Shown piece after piece: positions 11,059 through 26,552 of a stretch of DNA of 64,000 nt. Location: the NCBI GenBank assembly GCA_964057225.1, contig OZ059895.1, forward strand, positions 8,432,001 through 8,496,000. Direction: 5' to 3'. Under the pieces are notes generated by a model. That model was not told the DNA's origin and did not search any database. It was given only the letters and a program-made list of their open reading frames with translations. Every line of letters starts with the position of its first letter. Within the stretch, counting starts at the first letter, position 1. Made by a program: the position numbers and the translations under genes. This DNA is from Auanema rhodensis. Lineage: Eukaryota > Animalia > Nematoda.

Positions 11059-14000
11059 TCAAAATGAATCCATCAAATTGTCTTCACTAGAAGGTCTCTT
11101 CAGAGCGTCGACAACTTCATCGTCATCAGAATCAGATAATGCTAAATCATTATTCAACTGACCATCAGCAAACATATTCGATTGAAGCAGCCCTTCCCAA
11201 CCTTCTGAAACGGGAAAACGTTAGTGAGAAACGTATACAAGTTGGTATTACCAGAATTATCATCGTCATCCACTTCATTGCCACTAAGTGCGAGATCATC
11301 TTGCAGAATTCCCTGAGATCCTTCGTCGTCTTCTTCATCTAGAAGATGGGATGATTACAAAATTCAAAAAAAGAAAAGAAAAAGAAAATATACCCATTGT
11401 ATCAGTTTCTTCAGTGGCTTCCTCCATATTATTTCCACCGTTTATATTAGTTTCTAGTTCACTTAGCTAAAGAAAACTTGAATTAAAAAAAAGACACTTG
11501 TAACACCTGAGCAGCTTGTTCATCCAACAACTTTTTAGCAAGTTCAAGAATTTCTTGAGCTTTTAGCGTGTAAGTTGATTGAGGGCCATTAAACGTTTCA
11601 GAATTGGATACAATCTAAATTTTAGGATACTAATACTGCCATAAATCCATATTACCTGTTGAATATCGGAACGGAACTGTTGAACTGTAGTATACTCATG
11701 AGCTTTAACTTTATTTTCTATTGTACCCAGATCGATAGGTTTTTTGATTTTATCATAATACAAAGGCACCTGTAATAGTAAGTCATATCAGAATCTCTAG
11801 CAATGTAAATACCTTCTTAGCATCAACTTTGCTATGAAACGCGACCGATTTTGGAATGTTCTTACATTTCTGCACAATTTCGGAAAGAATATAACCGAAC
11901 CCAACTCTGGAGGCAATAAATAAACAAAGCAGAATAAATTATATGAAACCTGTCATTATCATCAAGTAGAGGGTTAATCGACTTTTCAAGTTTGATCAGT
12001 TGTTCTTCTTTCTCCAAAATACGCTTTCCAGCAAGCTCAAACATCTAAATATGATAAGATAATAAAATTCAAAGGAAAACGTTTTACTTTTCGGGCTACA
12101 TCAGTAATAATGTGATTATCACCATTATATCTCAAAGAATTGTCTAGCATCAATTTGACATCCTGGAATTGCATATTAAAAATAAAAATAACATATAAGT
12201 CTTACGCAGAGGAAATCCTTTCTTAATGAATATTCATTTTTAGATAACTTTTGTTTAATCATTTCGATATTCATAGGATTAGTGATGATATCATAGTAAT
12301 CTTTCACCTGGATGATTTTATAGTTATGGATGCGAAAACTTTTTTAAATTTAACCTGCTTAGAATTGACTGGCTTTAAAAGATAGTCCGACCCATTAATC
12401 AATTTCATCTCATTTACAATTTCCATGAGAAGAGTAGCCATTGTAACCTAAATGAGTAAAATTCTCAAATAATCAAATAAGAAAATTGTAATACCCGAGG
12501 ATCAGCTCTGATACGTTGTACACTTTTGGCAGGGCCTTGCAGATAGTCTTCATCAGTAAACATAGACACACGGCGACGCATATTCCCACTTGTGGAAACA
12601 CGAGATAGACGAACTGGAAATCGGATTGATTAAGAATAAAAAGATATGAACCTTACGTTGGCTAGGTTCAGCATCCATACTATCATCTGGGTCTTTTGGC
12701 ATAGCATCACCACTCTCAGAACATGTAGATTCAGTTCGTAACCGATCAGATGACGATCTTTACAAATAACACAAACAATTCTTCAATAATCAAATAACAA
12801 TAATAGTAATACCTAGCAATTTTCTTTTTCTCGGACAATCCGGTAAGATATTTTTTGTTGATTTTAACCTTTGTACCCTCAACTGCAACAACTTCACTGG
12901 GAGGAGGCTGACTAGTCTCGTCATCAGTCTATACTTTCAATGTAAGAAGATTATAAAATTACACAAAAATAACATACCATTCCCTCCTTAGTAGGAGTTC
13001 CTAAGCCTTCCTTACCATATAGTGGACAATTTTTATTCGTTTTCATATGACCAGTACCTTGGCAAGCACTACATCTCATTTTGAGCAAATTAGGTTTTAT
13101 AGGGGTAGGCTTTTTCTCAGCTTTCTAAATAAAATAACCTATATGAGCACAAAATTATAAAACAAACAGGTGGTGCGGGTACTCCAGCCTTAGCTTTCAT
13201 TTCATTTCTACGAATTCTACGAAGCTGATCTTGAAGACGACGTTTCTCTTTACGACGTTCCTATATACAGTCATTGAAAAAAATTATACATCACAGGAAA
13301 AATATGAACCTCTTTATATTGCTCATCCATTTGAGCATAAACTTGGATGAAGGTATCATCTTTAGTTGTTCTTATTCTAGCATATGCTTCAATAAGCTGC
13401 GGTCTCGTAACAACTTCAACCCTTGTCTTAAAGAAAAAGGTGATATATATGTGATACAAATTAATAACATACGGATAAGGTTCCATCACTATTTTTAATT
13501 GTTCTATAAATTTTTAACTTTTCATTTGCTGTAATTCCAGATATCTTGGAAGCACTCTGAGAAATATCCTCGCCAATTTTAGAAACACCTATTATCAACA
13601 TTTAAACTAATTACTGAGAATTAAAAACTGACTTTTCTTTTCTTCAGCACTGACTTCCTTTTTCTCGCCAGACTTCACAGAGTCTCCGTGAATCATACGT
13701 TTGAGATCTTGTCGTTCTTTTTCTTCATTCTCATATTCCATTCTCGCACGTTCAGAAGAAGATATGTTTTTTCCTGAAAAAAAAAAGAAAAAAAAACAAT
13801 TAGAAAGAAAATAAAACTAGCCTTTATTGCTTTGTAAAAGAACTTCCAATCGAGTAGACCATTCATCATTATCGGAATCTTCACCTGAGCTACCCTCATC
13901 TGTAGACAAAGCTTCGGGATTGGCTAAAGTCCTGAAGAGAGAATTTTCAAATAAACTTTAAACTGTGTGCAGTTTACTGATTCTGTAGATCGAAAATATG

Positions 14001-17000
14001 CTGGCAATGTTTTTTATACTTCTCTTGCATATCAGCGAAATTGAAGCGTATGTTTCCTCTCGCAAAACGAGCCATACCAGATACTGAAGATATAATACGT
14101 ATAAAACAGAAGCAGAATAAGAGTACAAACATTCGCCTCCAGAAGAATCTGCTTTAGCTTTTGCCGCTTGTGTAGATAAAGTTCTGATAACATCAATAAT
14201 CTCCCAACGAGATAAAGCAGCAATCTTAAAAATTTTATTTTATTAGGTAAATAAAAGTTAAAATAACCTCTTCTTCTCTAACTCCATACTCGCGACATAT
14301 CTCTTTGGCTTCTTTTAAAGGCAATTTACGCAAATCTGCATTGGTTCCGGTGACCAAGCGTTTAGGTACAGCAGGAGTATCTTCCTGAAATCGCGATTAA
14401 AAAAAAAATTCTTATTTAACTATAGTACCTTTTGAGGTTTCTGCGAAACACGAACATAACTGAAACCTTGACCACATCCAGTAGGATCAGCAATACCAGT
14501 TTGATCCAGCAAACACTTTCCTCGACTAGAAGATAGAAAAGCTCTGGTAGTATTCCAAGGGGCACATTTAATCTAAAATTATTATCAAGAAAAGAAACGT
14601 AAATGAAATTACTTCGTCTTCAATGGTTACACCATCATCAGAATCATCTTCATTCTCGGGTGTGAAAAAATATCGCTCTCCATAACCAGCATCTTTCAAT
14701 CTTTGTTCGGCAGCTAGCATACTGTATTGAGCGCAACACATTTCTGGTGTAACCATTGCTAGTACTTCCTCTTTACTAGGCAGTCGAAACTCAGGTCGAA
14801 GGATCTAATCAACATATTATTTTATTTATAAATTAAATATCAATTAAGATACCCAGTAATTCTGATCAGGGCCAGTTCCTAAACGTTTAAAATCTGAGCA
14901 CTGCTTCAGTCTTTTCCTAACACTGCTTTCAGCATAATGAGGAAAAGCAACTTTGATATCTTCCATTTTCAAACGTCTAGGACGATGATCGCTAGCCCAA
15001 AAGAGACGATATATGAACGCCTAAATAATATAACATAAAAAAAATTATTTGAGAGAAAATTGTCAAACCAAAAGGAAGTCTCGAACAAAAGCTGTAGCTC
15101 TTTTTGAATTCGGTGATGGTACTTCATACAAGGGACATTCTTGACCAACCAAGAAAATAGAAGGAACACGTCGTAATGACCAGCTAAATGAACAATAAGT
15201 ATAAAATACATTTTTACCATTTTTTCTAGTATGATGATTGAAAGTTAATAAAATAGAAGTAGAATTTAAAAAAAAAACAATTACCCAGTTCGATTTCTTA
15301 TTAGGAGAAAATCTGTGTTTTTAGGAGTATGACGATAAATTGGTGCCCTATAAGCTAGAGATAAAAGAACAATATTTTTTGTAAACACATACCTAAACAA
15401 GTTATTTTCAATTGATTGCATGGCTTGACCAGGCTGCAATTGTCCAAGGAATGGAACATTATGAGAGAAAGCCATTTCACCAAAATCGAAATCGGGTTCA
15501 ACATCTTTTCCAGCTTTCTTAATACCGCATTATTATTTTTGGCACAATACTTATAACACATACCCTTTTATAATAATTTTTAATTTTACTAGCCATTCCA
15601 GGCTGTGAAAGAAGGGGGGGATGCTCCTCGCTATATTCCATAATAACCAAATCTCCGTCTCGTCCAGAGAGATCTCCAATATTTCGCATAAAGAAAATAT
15701 CTCCACCACCTTCCGCTTGTTTCTTCTTCTCACGTTCCTTGAAGACATTAAGCAATTAATGATGTATAATTGTAAACTCACTTCTTCCATTCGTTTAATG
15801 TGCCTAGTAAGAATTTGAATAGGAGTATGTTTTCCACTATAAATGCGATAAAATCGTTTTGATAACGGCAGCCTTAATATACATGTTGCTTCATAAAAAA
15901 ATAAGAAATAAAACCTGTGCCATTGACGTAATCTAGAAGTATGAGTAGGAAAGAATGTTCGATGAATATTCTGAGACGGAATGGAATGTTGAATAAGCAT
16001 ACTGTTTCCGGCAGAGCCAGATTTATTCGTGGTTTTTGGAAGATAATAATCATCATTACTAAGATTGAAGGGATCTTTATCTGTCAGTTGAGCCATAGAT
16101 GTCTCCATCTGCAAACAACATCAGGTAAAAATTGAGAGAGAGGCATTTAAAATACCTGTTCTTCCTCTTCTTGTTTCTGGCGTTGTTGAACTTGTCCGAG
16201 AATCATTTTAGACTTTTTGGTGAATTGATGCTCCTTAAACTATAAGTAAAAAAATATACATAATTCTACAATTCTAACCTTTCTATCGAAAGCTTTGTTA
16301 GGCTGTGAATCCAAATCATCCCCTTTGCGATCTTCAGGCATTCCAAAAATTAAAGGATCATCATTGTAATCCAAAGTTAAAACTCTAGGCTCTACAAGCA
16401 TAATAATACTATCACTCGTAACAAAAAAAATGAAACCTGGTATTTTTTTCATTTGTTGATCATCTAGGATAATATCATCTTCCCATTTCGAATCTAGCAA
16501 ATCATGATTTTCCATGGGAAAAATGGAATGCGTGGAAGTCGGTTCAGTAGGAATATCTGTAAATTGATTCAGGAAACTTCAATTCTGAAAAGTATTTACC
16601 TAGATCTGATAAGCTAAAAATGGCATTCGAAGCTGATCGTCGAGTGAACATTTGTTCAAATGTTCTGTTTCTCACTGAAAAGAAAGTTTGTAACAAAAAC
16701 GTTTAAAAGGCTTACTAGTACTGTGCTGAATGAATGACTCATATGTTCGAGTATTTTGGGTTGGAATCCAACCGCAAGGAGGCTGCTGCCCACTTTTCAG
16801 CTCATCCAACACCTCAAATGTATATATGCATAAAATGACAAAAACTCAAATATTATTCACTCTATCTCGTATATCTTCTCCATCATATATGACATCATCT
16901 TCCCATCTAATAAGATTAACAGGTAAAAAGGTTTCCGGAGCTAAAGGTTCAATGGGCTGCTTGGTTTCAATTCCTTCTTCAATTTTAACTTCAGGCTAAA

Positions 17001-17984
17001 TTTCGGCAATACTAGAAACATTGAGTTTATTAAATACCTTTTTCAATTTGAAACCATAATCGAAATGAGTAACACTATTTGCAATATTCATCTTATCATA
17101 CCTATAAGTAAATAAAAAATCTTGGATTGACAGTAGAAACAATCATTTATCTACCAAATTTTAGCTGGCCCATTTCTCCAAGGCGGTACGGCTTCTTCTG
17201 TGAATTCATCATTTAATTTTGAAGGTTCTCTCTTCCCCTGTTCATTTGGTCCATTAGCGCATAGAAGCATAGCCTTAAAAAAGGATTCATTTTGTTAAAA
17301 CAGGAAGCTAATACTTCTTGAAGATTTTCCATTTCTTCTGTTGGAGGTGGAGGGGCCAAGTTAAGTTTGAGTTTCTTTTTCTCAGTTGGATCATCCTAAG
17401 TATAATAATCAGCAATAAAAATTAAATCAAAACTTACGCTTTGTTGTTTTTCTTCCTCTAATAATGGTTTTTTATGAAAAGTTCTACTCGGCCACCAAAT
17501 GTCTGCTCTTGAACTAGACTTAATATTATAAGCAAAAATTCGTGAAAAGCGTAATATAGAATTTGGTTCATAATCAGGAAAAAAGCGCCTAAATTGCAAT
17601 ATGATTACTTTGCAAATAAATTATACCAACCGAGGATCAACACAATCTAAAGCTGGATTTAAAATTGATGCTAAGGGCGCATCGTCCCTTTGTGAAGGAG
17701 GTATGAAATTGTTGATTTCTTTTGGCTAAGAATAATGTAATAAAAAACAATTTTGACCATTCAAAATACCTTTATCTCAACATATTCGGTTTCCTCCTCG
17801 ATTTCCTCCTTACAATTTGATGTAGTAGGAAATTCATAAGCTAGAAAATAAGAAATAGCAAATAAACTGTTAAAGACATACGTTTATTTGATGCACAGGG
17901 ATGATTTTTGTAAAAATCGGAAATATACTGATCAGGATCATCTATTTGTTGAGAGAGAGAATCTTCTTCTAAATCCTCGTCCAT
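11059..17984 (-). CDS. taf-1: TFIID subunit 1 (TAF1/TAFII250), many exons
   Basis: [62 protein letters not shown], zinc knuckle [17 protein letters not shown] (~13026-13076), tandem bromodomains (~11500-12450). ATG 17984 is the best candidate start; TGA at 11061-11059. Confidence 0.96.
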
Positions 17985-18676
17985 GAAAACTCAGCTTAAA
18001 TTATAAAGCAATAGGATGAGGCTTAAGAAGAGAATGCTCAAACTGATTTTTTGAATAAATATGTTTTACACGCACGCCCAATCACGTACCAATGCATCTA
18101 ATAGCTACTAGCCTACAAATAGCATTGTATACGGAATACTTTTAGTGATCTTCATTTCAAATATGGTAATAAAAATTGCCATCAGCAGATTTCGAATAAA
18201 CATGCATATTGTTATTTTATTGGTTTACTATGTGTATTTTTTTTAAAATCATGAACTGGTTATTTGAAATTACACGGTTGAAAATTAAGAATTTACCATT
18301 TCAAGTTAATTTTTGTAAATAATATTGTTCGAACTGTTACTGATCTATTTATAATATCTAGAAAGTTTGAATAATTTATTTTTAGAAATCTTGAATCTCT
18401 AATTCCGTTGTTTGTGAGTGTTGCTTTATTTAAAAAGAAAAAAACACATTATCAATATCAAAAATGAGAAAAAGTAAATTATCCACGCGACTAGATGAAA
18501 AATGACTTCAGATATCGTGGAAAGGATAACATAATGTAATGATTAATAGTATGGTATTTCGTTTTATATTAAAGTTAAATGGAAATTAAGTATTCTAGTT
18601 AATTCTGTCGAGATCTCATCGTGCTACAAAATCGCATATTATTGGATTTTTAAAAGAAATCTTAGATGAAAAAAAG

Positions 18677-20333
18677 CTAATGAAATCTAAATGCTAGCTC
18701 AACTCCTTCGAGGAAAACGTGGGGTACTATTACTTTTTCTATTTTATCATTAACTATTTCAACAGTACCCCCACAATCAGACCACATTTGAGGGTTGGAC
18801 GCTCGTGGATATCTTAAGAATATTGCACAATTCCTGGACAAGGGGTCAAAACGCCAATTCTGAAATAGAATAATTGTGCACAAATAATAGTCAAATTTTA
18901 CCGAAATAACTCTGCGAACATCTTCGAAGTAGTAGCGTAGACCTGGACGCTCATAGCATATCCCAAAACTTGTTAATTGAGATATCAATGACAATAGTCC
19001 AGCTGTTGTTGTGCAGGGTCGAAACAACCTAGAAATCAAGTACCAAAAATAAATAACTGTCACTGTTTACTTGGAAGTTGCTAATTGAAGCTCTTGTAAA
19101 TGTGGAGTAAAGCTATTTATGAAAGATATGAATGAAGATTCAGAAAACCCTCGTAAGTCAGCACCTGCCATCTTACTTCCTTAAAATCCCACATTTCAGT
19201 TTTAGTATAAAAACCATACCTTTACTTAAATTCCCCCCATTAAAAATGAATGATACAGGAGTGAGCCGTCCTTCTTTATACATTCTTGAAATTTCATCTG
19301 TCCAATTGGATACAACAACACCAGTACCGAATGTAACCTGATATAAAATTGATTATGAAAGATAAGATAAATCTGTATATCTTACTTTTCCTAAGCAGTT
19401 GATTAACTTAGGTACTACTTCCGTTATTGAGGAATTTTTAAACGATATACTGTATATACTTCGACCGATTTTCATTGCTCTTACATCTACATTTTGGGTT
19501 AATTTGTTAAAACCTAATACGATTTCATAAGCAGTAGCCTTAAAGAAGATGGAACAAAAGAAAAACTTTTAAAACTCTTACTAATCGCTTCGATAAAACT
19601 TGGGCATTATCCATTAGTAATGTTCTGAATTTCTTACATGTTTGTGACAACATATGTACACTTTTCCCTTAAAGTTATTTAAAAAAATAAAAATTAGGGA
19701 TTCGAATTACCATCTAGAGAAGAAGCTATTTTTACTAACAGAATGTCACTTAGAGCAAAAATATTTGCTTTTTTGGCTGAAAGACTAAAACAGAAGCATA
19801 AAAATAGAAATAAAATATGATTCATTACTTGTAATATAGAGCTGGAGAAGAACGAGAAATGACCAAAGGTGACGGGGAGGTGGGAAATACTGATAAGGAA
19901 GATAATTGATCAGTTAACTGTTTTTGAAGTAATATACTGCGACTAAAAGAGACAAAAAAAAACAGAAAAAATGTTTTGATATGTTTAAAAATTACTTGGA
20001 ATGTTTCTTATGTAGCTCATTATCATCATCTTTTAAGTCGGAGCTGGAAACTGGGGAGCAACTATGCTTGACTCGAAATCTAGTCTGTGTGTTACATACA
20101 TAGGTTATATATGAGGCAACCCAGATAACATACCTTATTGATTTCAAATAAAATTGACTGAACCACACTTGTTAAGAGTTTAGCGGAACTCTCAATTTCT
20201 TAAGAAAAAAACAGATTAGTAGAGAACACTGAGACTTACTTGATTCTTTAACTTCATGAATCAATTTTGTTCGTCTCACATAAGCTCCTCTAGGAATTTC
20301 TATAACTTCAACACCATAAGAACCAATTGACAT
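18677..20333 (-). CDS. F-box protein (multi-exon; true start uncertain, further exons may extend to ~21430)
   Basis: Hand-spliced exons give a continuous frame containing IFALSDILLVKIASSLDGKSVHMLSQTCKKFRTLL (~19613-19770), an F-box pattern; terminal exon ends ELAFRFH*. Confidence 0.65.
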
Positions 20334-21711
20334 ACTCTATAAATATATTATCATCAAATTATACAAAATGAAACAAACTACTCAGAATTAAAAAAATTGA
20401 TACTCTGACTTGTCAAACTGCACTCATCTTTGACTCCTTTATGATCTCCAAGAACAAAAAAGTTGTTAGTATTTTAATGAATAAGGATGAATCACTGAAA
20501 ACAATTTTAATTGCTGAAAAAGCATTCAATATTAGCATAAAAAGGAGTTCATAAAAACGAGCACAAAATTCGGCAGACACTGTGCTCATCGATATAATAT
20601 TGATGCTCTGCTGACAACCTGATTAAAAGATCTAAGTACAGTTTTTGTACTCAATACTGGTTTGATATCAGAAAAATTGTACTTTAAATGTATTGTTCGA
20701 TTTTTTTCATATCCAAGTATATCTCCCACAACAAAATGTTGTATAGCCTAAACAGGTTGAATTGTCGACGTGCTCTGCTTTCTCAAAGAGTTCTCTATTT
20801 TTAAGAAATCCAAATTAGAATGTATGATTTCTTGTGAAAAAAACATTTTTCTCTTCACTTACATATTAACAAATGGCGGGATTTTATATTTATTTTCACA
20901 GCTCCATTACAAATATTTTATCATACCAGCTGAAGTTATTTACAATAAGTTCGAAGAAATCCATTATAAATTAAAATAATAAACAATTACAAGTACTACT
21001 GAACAAATTAATTGATATTAATAAACCATATATATTATTCAATTATTATATAATATAATATTCTTTGCAAGAGTAATTATTTTAGGTTATTATATCCACC
21101 GATTGCAAATAGGTGAAGAATATAATTATTTTCTCATGTAAATTCAAGTAGAGTTTTAAATATTAACAGCAGAGTAAGATTTATTGTACAAATTACAAAC
21201 ATAAATAATAGAATAAAAAATTATGAATGCAAAAAAGAGCAAAACTTGAAGGCAGATATCTTGTTTTCACCCTATTATCGAGAAATAAATTAAATTTGCT
21301 TATATGTTTAAAGTACATTTGAATCACTTTTCAAAACCTCAACTAATTTAAAAGTCGAAGACCATATTTCAATGAAACTCACCGATTATAAATATTCTCT
21401 GTCACTCTTGCTCTGTATTCTCTTTTTTTTTCCACGGGTCTTATGGTAACTATCAAATTGGTGACGAGTTTAAAACGCGCTCCATTTATAAACAGCAAGA
21501 CGTTTGCTAATTGAAAAAACATTCAAAGAAGATAAATTCAAATTTTCAATACAGTTGCTCATTCCTTCCGGAAATTGCATACGTTGGAGCATTCTAACAT
21601 GCACCTAAGCTTATAACATGTTTATAATAAAGTATATATCGTATATTCTTCGCTCTTTTGTCTCATTCATTTGCTTACTCTCTATCTAATTAATATGTTT
21701 CTAGCAGTAAA

Positions 21712-23366
<1,655 letters not shown>

Positions 23367-23948
23367 ATATTTGTGTCATTTTGGTATTGTTTTGTATATT
23401 TATATTATTTCGTTTTCTGCTCAAGTTATTGTTAGGAGATTTTTTCAGGTCTTCCCATGATTAGTTTTTAAAATAATTTTATTGCCAATGAAAGGCTATT
23501 CTAACTATCACATAGCATGCTTAACTCGCTATACTTTCGCATCTTCACTTTTTGAATTGTCACAGCGTAAATAATGATTATGAGGCAAGTCCCTGTGACA
23601 ATGCACTTTTTGTATCTGATATTTCCATATTCTTACCGGCTTATTTGATTCAAATATATATGGTCAAGCACGGAAAATTCCGGGGATTCTTTCTTTTCAT
23701 GAATATATAAGTAGGATCTGTATTAGGCACATTTATGATACACTTGCTCAGATAATTTGTATTTCTCAACATTATCGATATTATTTTGTGATTTATTGCT
23801 AAGGCCACCCCGTGAAGGTGTCGGTGTTAAAATTTAAAAGTCATTTGTCTTTTGTTTTACTCTTATTTTGTTCTTTGAAGTAATTTTCTTCTAAATATTG
23901 TGATTTGATCATGATTCATTTTTCCAAGAATTTTTATTTTCATTTAAG

Positions 23949-26552
23949 ATGTTTGGATCATCTTCAACATTTAATGCTTCAAAGCCTTCCCTTTTTGGTA
24001 ATTCTGCTGCAGTCACATCTAATGATGATATAGAAGTAACGTATCAATGGTATATCTGTCGTACGTTTGTTTTGTAGATTCCTAGTCCTCCAGATGATAC
24101 CGTACAAGTAGTAAGATTTAGTCCACTTACGACAGAAAAGCCTTTATTAGCTGCTGGAAGTTGGGATGGAGTAAGCCATAATATCCTATTAGTTAATACA
24201 TTAAACTTTAGGTAGTACGCGTGTGGATGGTAAACGATAATGGACAATGTGAGCCGAAAGCTCAGCAGAATATTCCAGCTCCTGTTCTGGATATCGATTG
24301 GACTGATGTGAGATATAATTACTATTCTGTCTTACTGTATTATATTTAGGATGGGACAAAAATCTTTATAGCTGCGGCTGATAAGGATGTTAGGTTATGG
24401 GATTTAGCATCAAATCAGATAGCAGTTGTTGGTACACACGATGGACCTGTAAAAACATGTCATTGGATAAAAGGTAATAGTTTAAAGTAGTTAGTAGTTT
24501 TCCTTCTGAAGAAAGTAAAGAAAGACATCCTGATTTTGTTGCTATTGGAAGTGAATGCAGCTGATGCATACGTGAGATGAAAACAAAATGAACAGCCTTG
24601 CTAATCTAATTTGAATCCGATGAAATCATATGCAAATAAGCTTGTTCGAATTTCAGGAAACAATTATTCCTGCCTAATGACAGGATCATGGGATAAGACC
24701 TTACGATTTTGGGATATGAGAAATCTTCCCACACAATCTTCTTTGGCGAACATACAGGTGATCGAAAGTTGTTATGTATATATAAAGCATCGTGTTTTCA
24801 GCTTCCAGAAAGAGTTTATTGTGCAGATGTAGTATATCCAATGGCTGCTGTTGTGCTAGCCAACAAAACTATTAAAGTACATTTTTAATAATTTTATTTT
24901 CATTTGCAAATTAAATTAAGGTCTACAACTTAGAAAATGGTCCACAAGAAGTAAAAACTATTGATATTTCTGGTATGAAATATCAGGTAATACACTTTAT
25001 ATAAAAATATTTTAAAACATTGTTTTCAGTATCGATGTATCGCTATTTTTAAAGATAAAAATAATAGTATGCCATGTGGTTTTGCTGTTGGATCCATCGA
25101 AGGTAATTTATGTGAAGGTTTTGTGAGCGTATCATCAAGTCATTAGTATTTATTTTGACTCCCCTGTTTAATAATTGATCTAGCAAAAATTTCAAATTAA
25201 GGCTCTATTAGCCTGTTTATGTGTTCTCTTCTTCGTGTTTACTCTTTAGTGAAGAGCTCTTTGAGGTACATGCATTCGTAAGCAACAACTGATTTTAATC
25301 AGTTGTGGCTATACAGACCACATGACTGAACCTGGAGTGAATTCCCTGGCCCTATATGTAGGGCTAACTAGGATTTCATGAATAATTTAGCAATTGAACG
25401 ACTTTTTCCATCTATTGTCTACAACGGTAAATGTCCCCCTTTGAGCTGTGTTCGTGTTGAATGCTTATAAATTGTTGTATACGAGGTTGAAAAAGCGAAG
25501 TAGAGAGCAATTTGGGTTGGGATAGGAAACAATTGAAAACATGGATTCATAGCCTGAAAGACCAGGGCCGGCTATTACCATGAAAGCTTATGCCTGCCCT
25601 TGATGACGTGAAAATTCTTAGTGTTTATCAAGAAAATTGATTTGTTAAAAGAAAAGGAAAAGTTGAGAAACAATCTTTTAGGGAGAGTTGGTGTGCAATT
25701 CGTAGAAGCTGCTAACCCAAGAGATAACTTCACTTTCAAGTGCCACAGATCGGCTGAATTAGTAAATGGATATCAGGAGATATATGCGGTTTGTTTCTTA
25801 CGAAAGTTAGCCAATTTTGAAATCTCTATGGCAAAATAGCTTATTGAAAAGTCAAATTATACGAAAAATTCATAAGTTCTTCTGTTTTTTTTGGGTATAT
25901 GGTCTATTTTCCCATTAGAACTAGTAACGGCTTGTCTAATAATAGGGATCGAATTTCAACTGCTATAGCTTGTATCTTCTTTCACTAGCTCGTTTCTATT
26001 TTCTGCTTAAATTTTGCTTAGCGAAAGAGCGTATTATGCATGTCAAAGTAACATATACCCTGTTTAGGTTAATGATGTTGCATTCCATCCTCAGCATGGC
26101 ACCCTAGTAACAGTTGGTGCTGATGGTCGGTATGTGATTCAGGTTTTCAATGCTCACTTCAAATAATATCTCTATAGATTTTCAATGTGGGACAAAGATG
26201 CTAGAACAAAGTTGAAAGCATCTGATGCTCATCCAATGCCTATCACATCTGCTCACATACACGCCTCTGGACAAATAATGGCTTTTGCTATCGGATATGA
26301 TTGGAGTAAGGTGAGTAGGATGTTTATTTGAAATTCTTATATCCATTTTGAATATTCGTGTCGGAAAATGAGGAAATTTCAATAAGTGTAGAGCTTCGAA
26401 GTGGGAACGGTCCCAAGAGACAGTTTCTTTTATGCAACGTATTTTCGATTGTTTGCTATTTTCAGGGCCATGAAGGAAATACTCAAACTGGATCCAAGAT
26501 TATATTACATAAATGTTTCGAGGAAATGAAACCTAAACCTAAGAAAACTTAA
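23949..26552 (+). CDS. rae-1: mRNA export factor Rae1/Gle2 (WD40)
   Basis: [86 protein letters not shown]; TAA 26550-26552. Also called npp-17. Confidence 0.97.
25126..25610 (+). other. Structured RNA domain within rae-1 intron 25103-25681
   Basis: Closing helix 25132-25139/25599-25606 enclosing at least four hairpins; GU pairs favour the + strand. Confidence 0.6.

Noticed and set aside
25103-25681. RNase MRP/P or U3 identity (GTCCCC at ~25433)
   Set aside because: No matching CR-V/P4 partner or box C/D arrangement was found within the intron.
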